Of a stretch of DNA of 64,000 bases, positions 62,716-64,000 are shown one piece after another; within the stretch, counting starts at the first letter, position 1, and the number at the start of each line of letters is the position of its first letter. The notes beneath the pieces were generated by a model, which was not told the origin of the DNA, searched no databases, and worked only from the letters and a program-made list of their open reading frames with translations. This DNA is from an uncultured delta proteobacterium (GTDB taxonomy: Bacteria > Myxococcota_A > Polyangia > Polyangiales > Polyangiaceae). A program made the position numbers and the translations under genes. The stretch lies in NCBI GenBank assembly GCA_963850305.1, contig CAWKKR010000008.1, forward strand, positions 960,001-1,024,000, read 5' to 3'.

Positions 62716-62995
62716 GTGACGCCCCCGGAGCTGGAAGAGCTGCGGCGTTCGATTCGACGACGTCGATCGACGGCTCCTCGGACTCCTGGCGGAGCGCGCG
62801 CGGCTCGTCCTCGCGGTCGGCGATGTGAAGCGCGCGCAGAAGATGCAAGTCTACGATCCGGACCGCGAGCGCCGAGTGCTGGAACGCCTGGGCGAGCTCG
62901 CGCCGGAGCCGCTCGATGCGGCGACCGTGCGCCGTGTCTTCGAGCGCCTAATCGACGAGATGCGACGTCTCGAACAGCGGCACGTCTCCGGTTGA
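62716..62995 (+). CDS. Chorismate mutase (AroQ type), +1 frameshift near 62754
   Basis: LEELRRSI / DDVDRRLLGLLAERARL..VG..K..VYDPDRE..VFERLIDE. Confidence 0.88.
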
Positions 62996-63003
62996 ACGCA
63001 CCG

Positions 63004-64000
63004 TCAGTGCAAGGTGTGCCAGCGTCCGTCGTGCTGGATTTTCGGCACGTCCGCGTCGAGCGCCGCAGGCGGTAACGCAGGAAGATCGGAAGTCTCCGAC
63101 GGTTCGGGCGTGGGCTCGTGCCCCGGAAGGACGATGTGCACGCGCGCGGCCGTCGGCGCGAGCGCGTTCTCCCGCGCGCGGAGCTCTGCGTATGCTTCTT
63201 CCCTTGCCCAGAGCTCCAGCGTGGCGCGACTCTGACGCCGCCGCCGACGGTAGCCCAGCGCCAGGAGCACGAGAACGCCGCCCCAGATGAGCGTCCCGCT
63301 GAAGAACACCGGCCAGAAGCTATAGCGCTTCGCGACGTCTTCTCTCCATTCGTACTCGAGCGCCGGCAGATCCAGGCCGTACGCGTCGTGAAGCGCAGGC
63401 TCGAAGGACTCTCCGGCGCGAAGCCTCGCGATCAGCGCGGGAAACCGGTCGCTGTCTTCCTGACGAAGCAAGAACCGCACGACGTCCGCGGCTTCGGCGT
63501 AGGCCAGATCGGCGGCCGCGGCGTCGCTCGGGAATCCGCGATTCAGCTCTTCGAGCGGAATCAGACGACCCGCCAGGGTCGCCGTGGAGAGCGTGCGGAT
63601 TCTTAGGAGCGAACTTTCTCGCGAAAGGTGTACGGCCAATCCTTCATTGAACCACCGCGGCACCCGATGCCCCGCGCCAATGGCGTCCTGTAGTGCGAGA
63701 TGCGCAAGCTCGTGCCGGAATACCTCTTCGAGGTCCTGGGACGCGTTCGCCTGCGGCGGCGTCACCGACAGTAACACCAGTTCGATGTCCGAGTACGCCA
63801 CGCCGGACGCGTAACGCGGATACGGCGCCCCCTCGGGAGCGAGCGTCGTCATCTCGCCCGGCGTGCGGGCGATCCGCACGTGCACCGCGTCGAGCACTGG
63901 TTGCCCCAGCCGCATCGCAAACTCGGCGCGAATCGCGGCCGCGTCCCGCTCGAGCGGACGCATCCGCCCGCCAACCCCGGGTGGATACGAAAAGTCGATG
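63004..64000 (-). CDS. Peptidase MA-like metallopeptidase, 5' end outside window
   Basis: HELAH, PRWFNEGLA, AYAEA; C-terminal TM segment. Confidence 0.85.
   Translation of the reverse strand, partial: IDFSYPPGVGGRMRPLERDAAAIRAEFAMRLGQPVLDAVHVRIARTPGEMTTLAPEGAPYPRYASGVAYSDIELVLLSVTPPQANASQDLEEVFRHELAHLALQDAIGAGHRVPRWFNEGLAVHLSRESSLLRIRTLSTATLAGRLIPLEELNRGFPSDAAAADLAYAEAADVVRFLLRQEDSDRFPALIARLRAGESFEPALHDAYGLDLPALEYEWREDVAKRYSFWPVFFSGTLIWGGVLVLLALGYRRRRRQSRATLELWAREEAYAELRARENALAPTAARVHIVLPGHEPTPEPSETSDLPALPPAALDADVPKIQHDGRWHTLH

Noticed and set aside
62716..62995. Programmed frameshift in chorismate mutase
   Set aside because: Single extra base with no slippery site; a sequencing error or point lesion is more likely.

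Overview
High-GC bacterial chromosome segment. Gene content (PilZ/TIGR02266-like protein, many Cys/Gly-rich lipoproteins, CglB-like vWA proteins, Uma2 proteins) points to a myxobacterium, probably Polyangiaceae-like; this is inferred, not searched. Housekeeping-like blocks (PBP transpeptidase, phoH, eno; DUF362, NAD kinase, NUDIX, HEAT and PQQ proteins; DUF2760-Hsp70-Hsp70, Prc, c-di-GMP enzymes, histidine kinase, tRNA-Ser, chorismate mutase) surround two accessory zones. Zone 1 (~5.9-24.3 kb) has a frameshift-riddled vWA lipoprotein/Lnt-like cluster, an AbrB + DUF6036 pair, AraC + lipase, divergent lipoproteins ending in self-processing domains (Peptidase S74 and Hint), an IS481 and two Uma2 genes. 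Zone 2 (~30.8-43.9 kb) is a chromosomal integron with a 3'-truncated intI, an attI and about 18 cassettes with recognisable attC sites. Cassettes are mostly toxin-antitoxin or toxin-immunity pairs and orphan immunity genes, plus two homologous ORF-less cassettes, and the array is scarred by IS701, IS110 and IS91-like fragments. Family names come from motif recognition by eye; no database search was run. Some single-base frameshifts may be sequencing errors.
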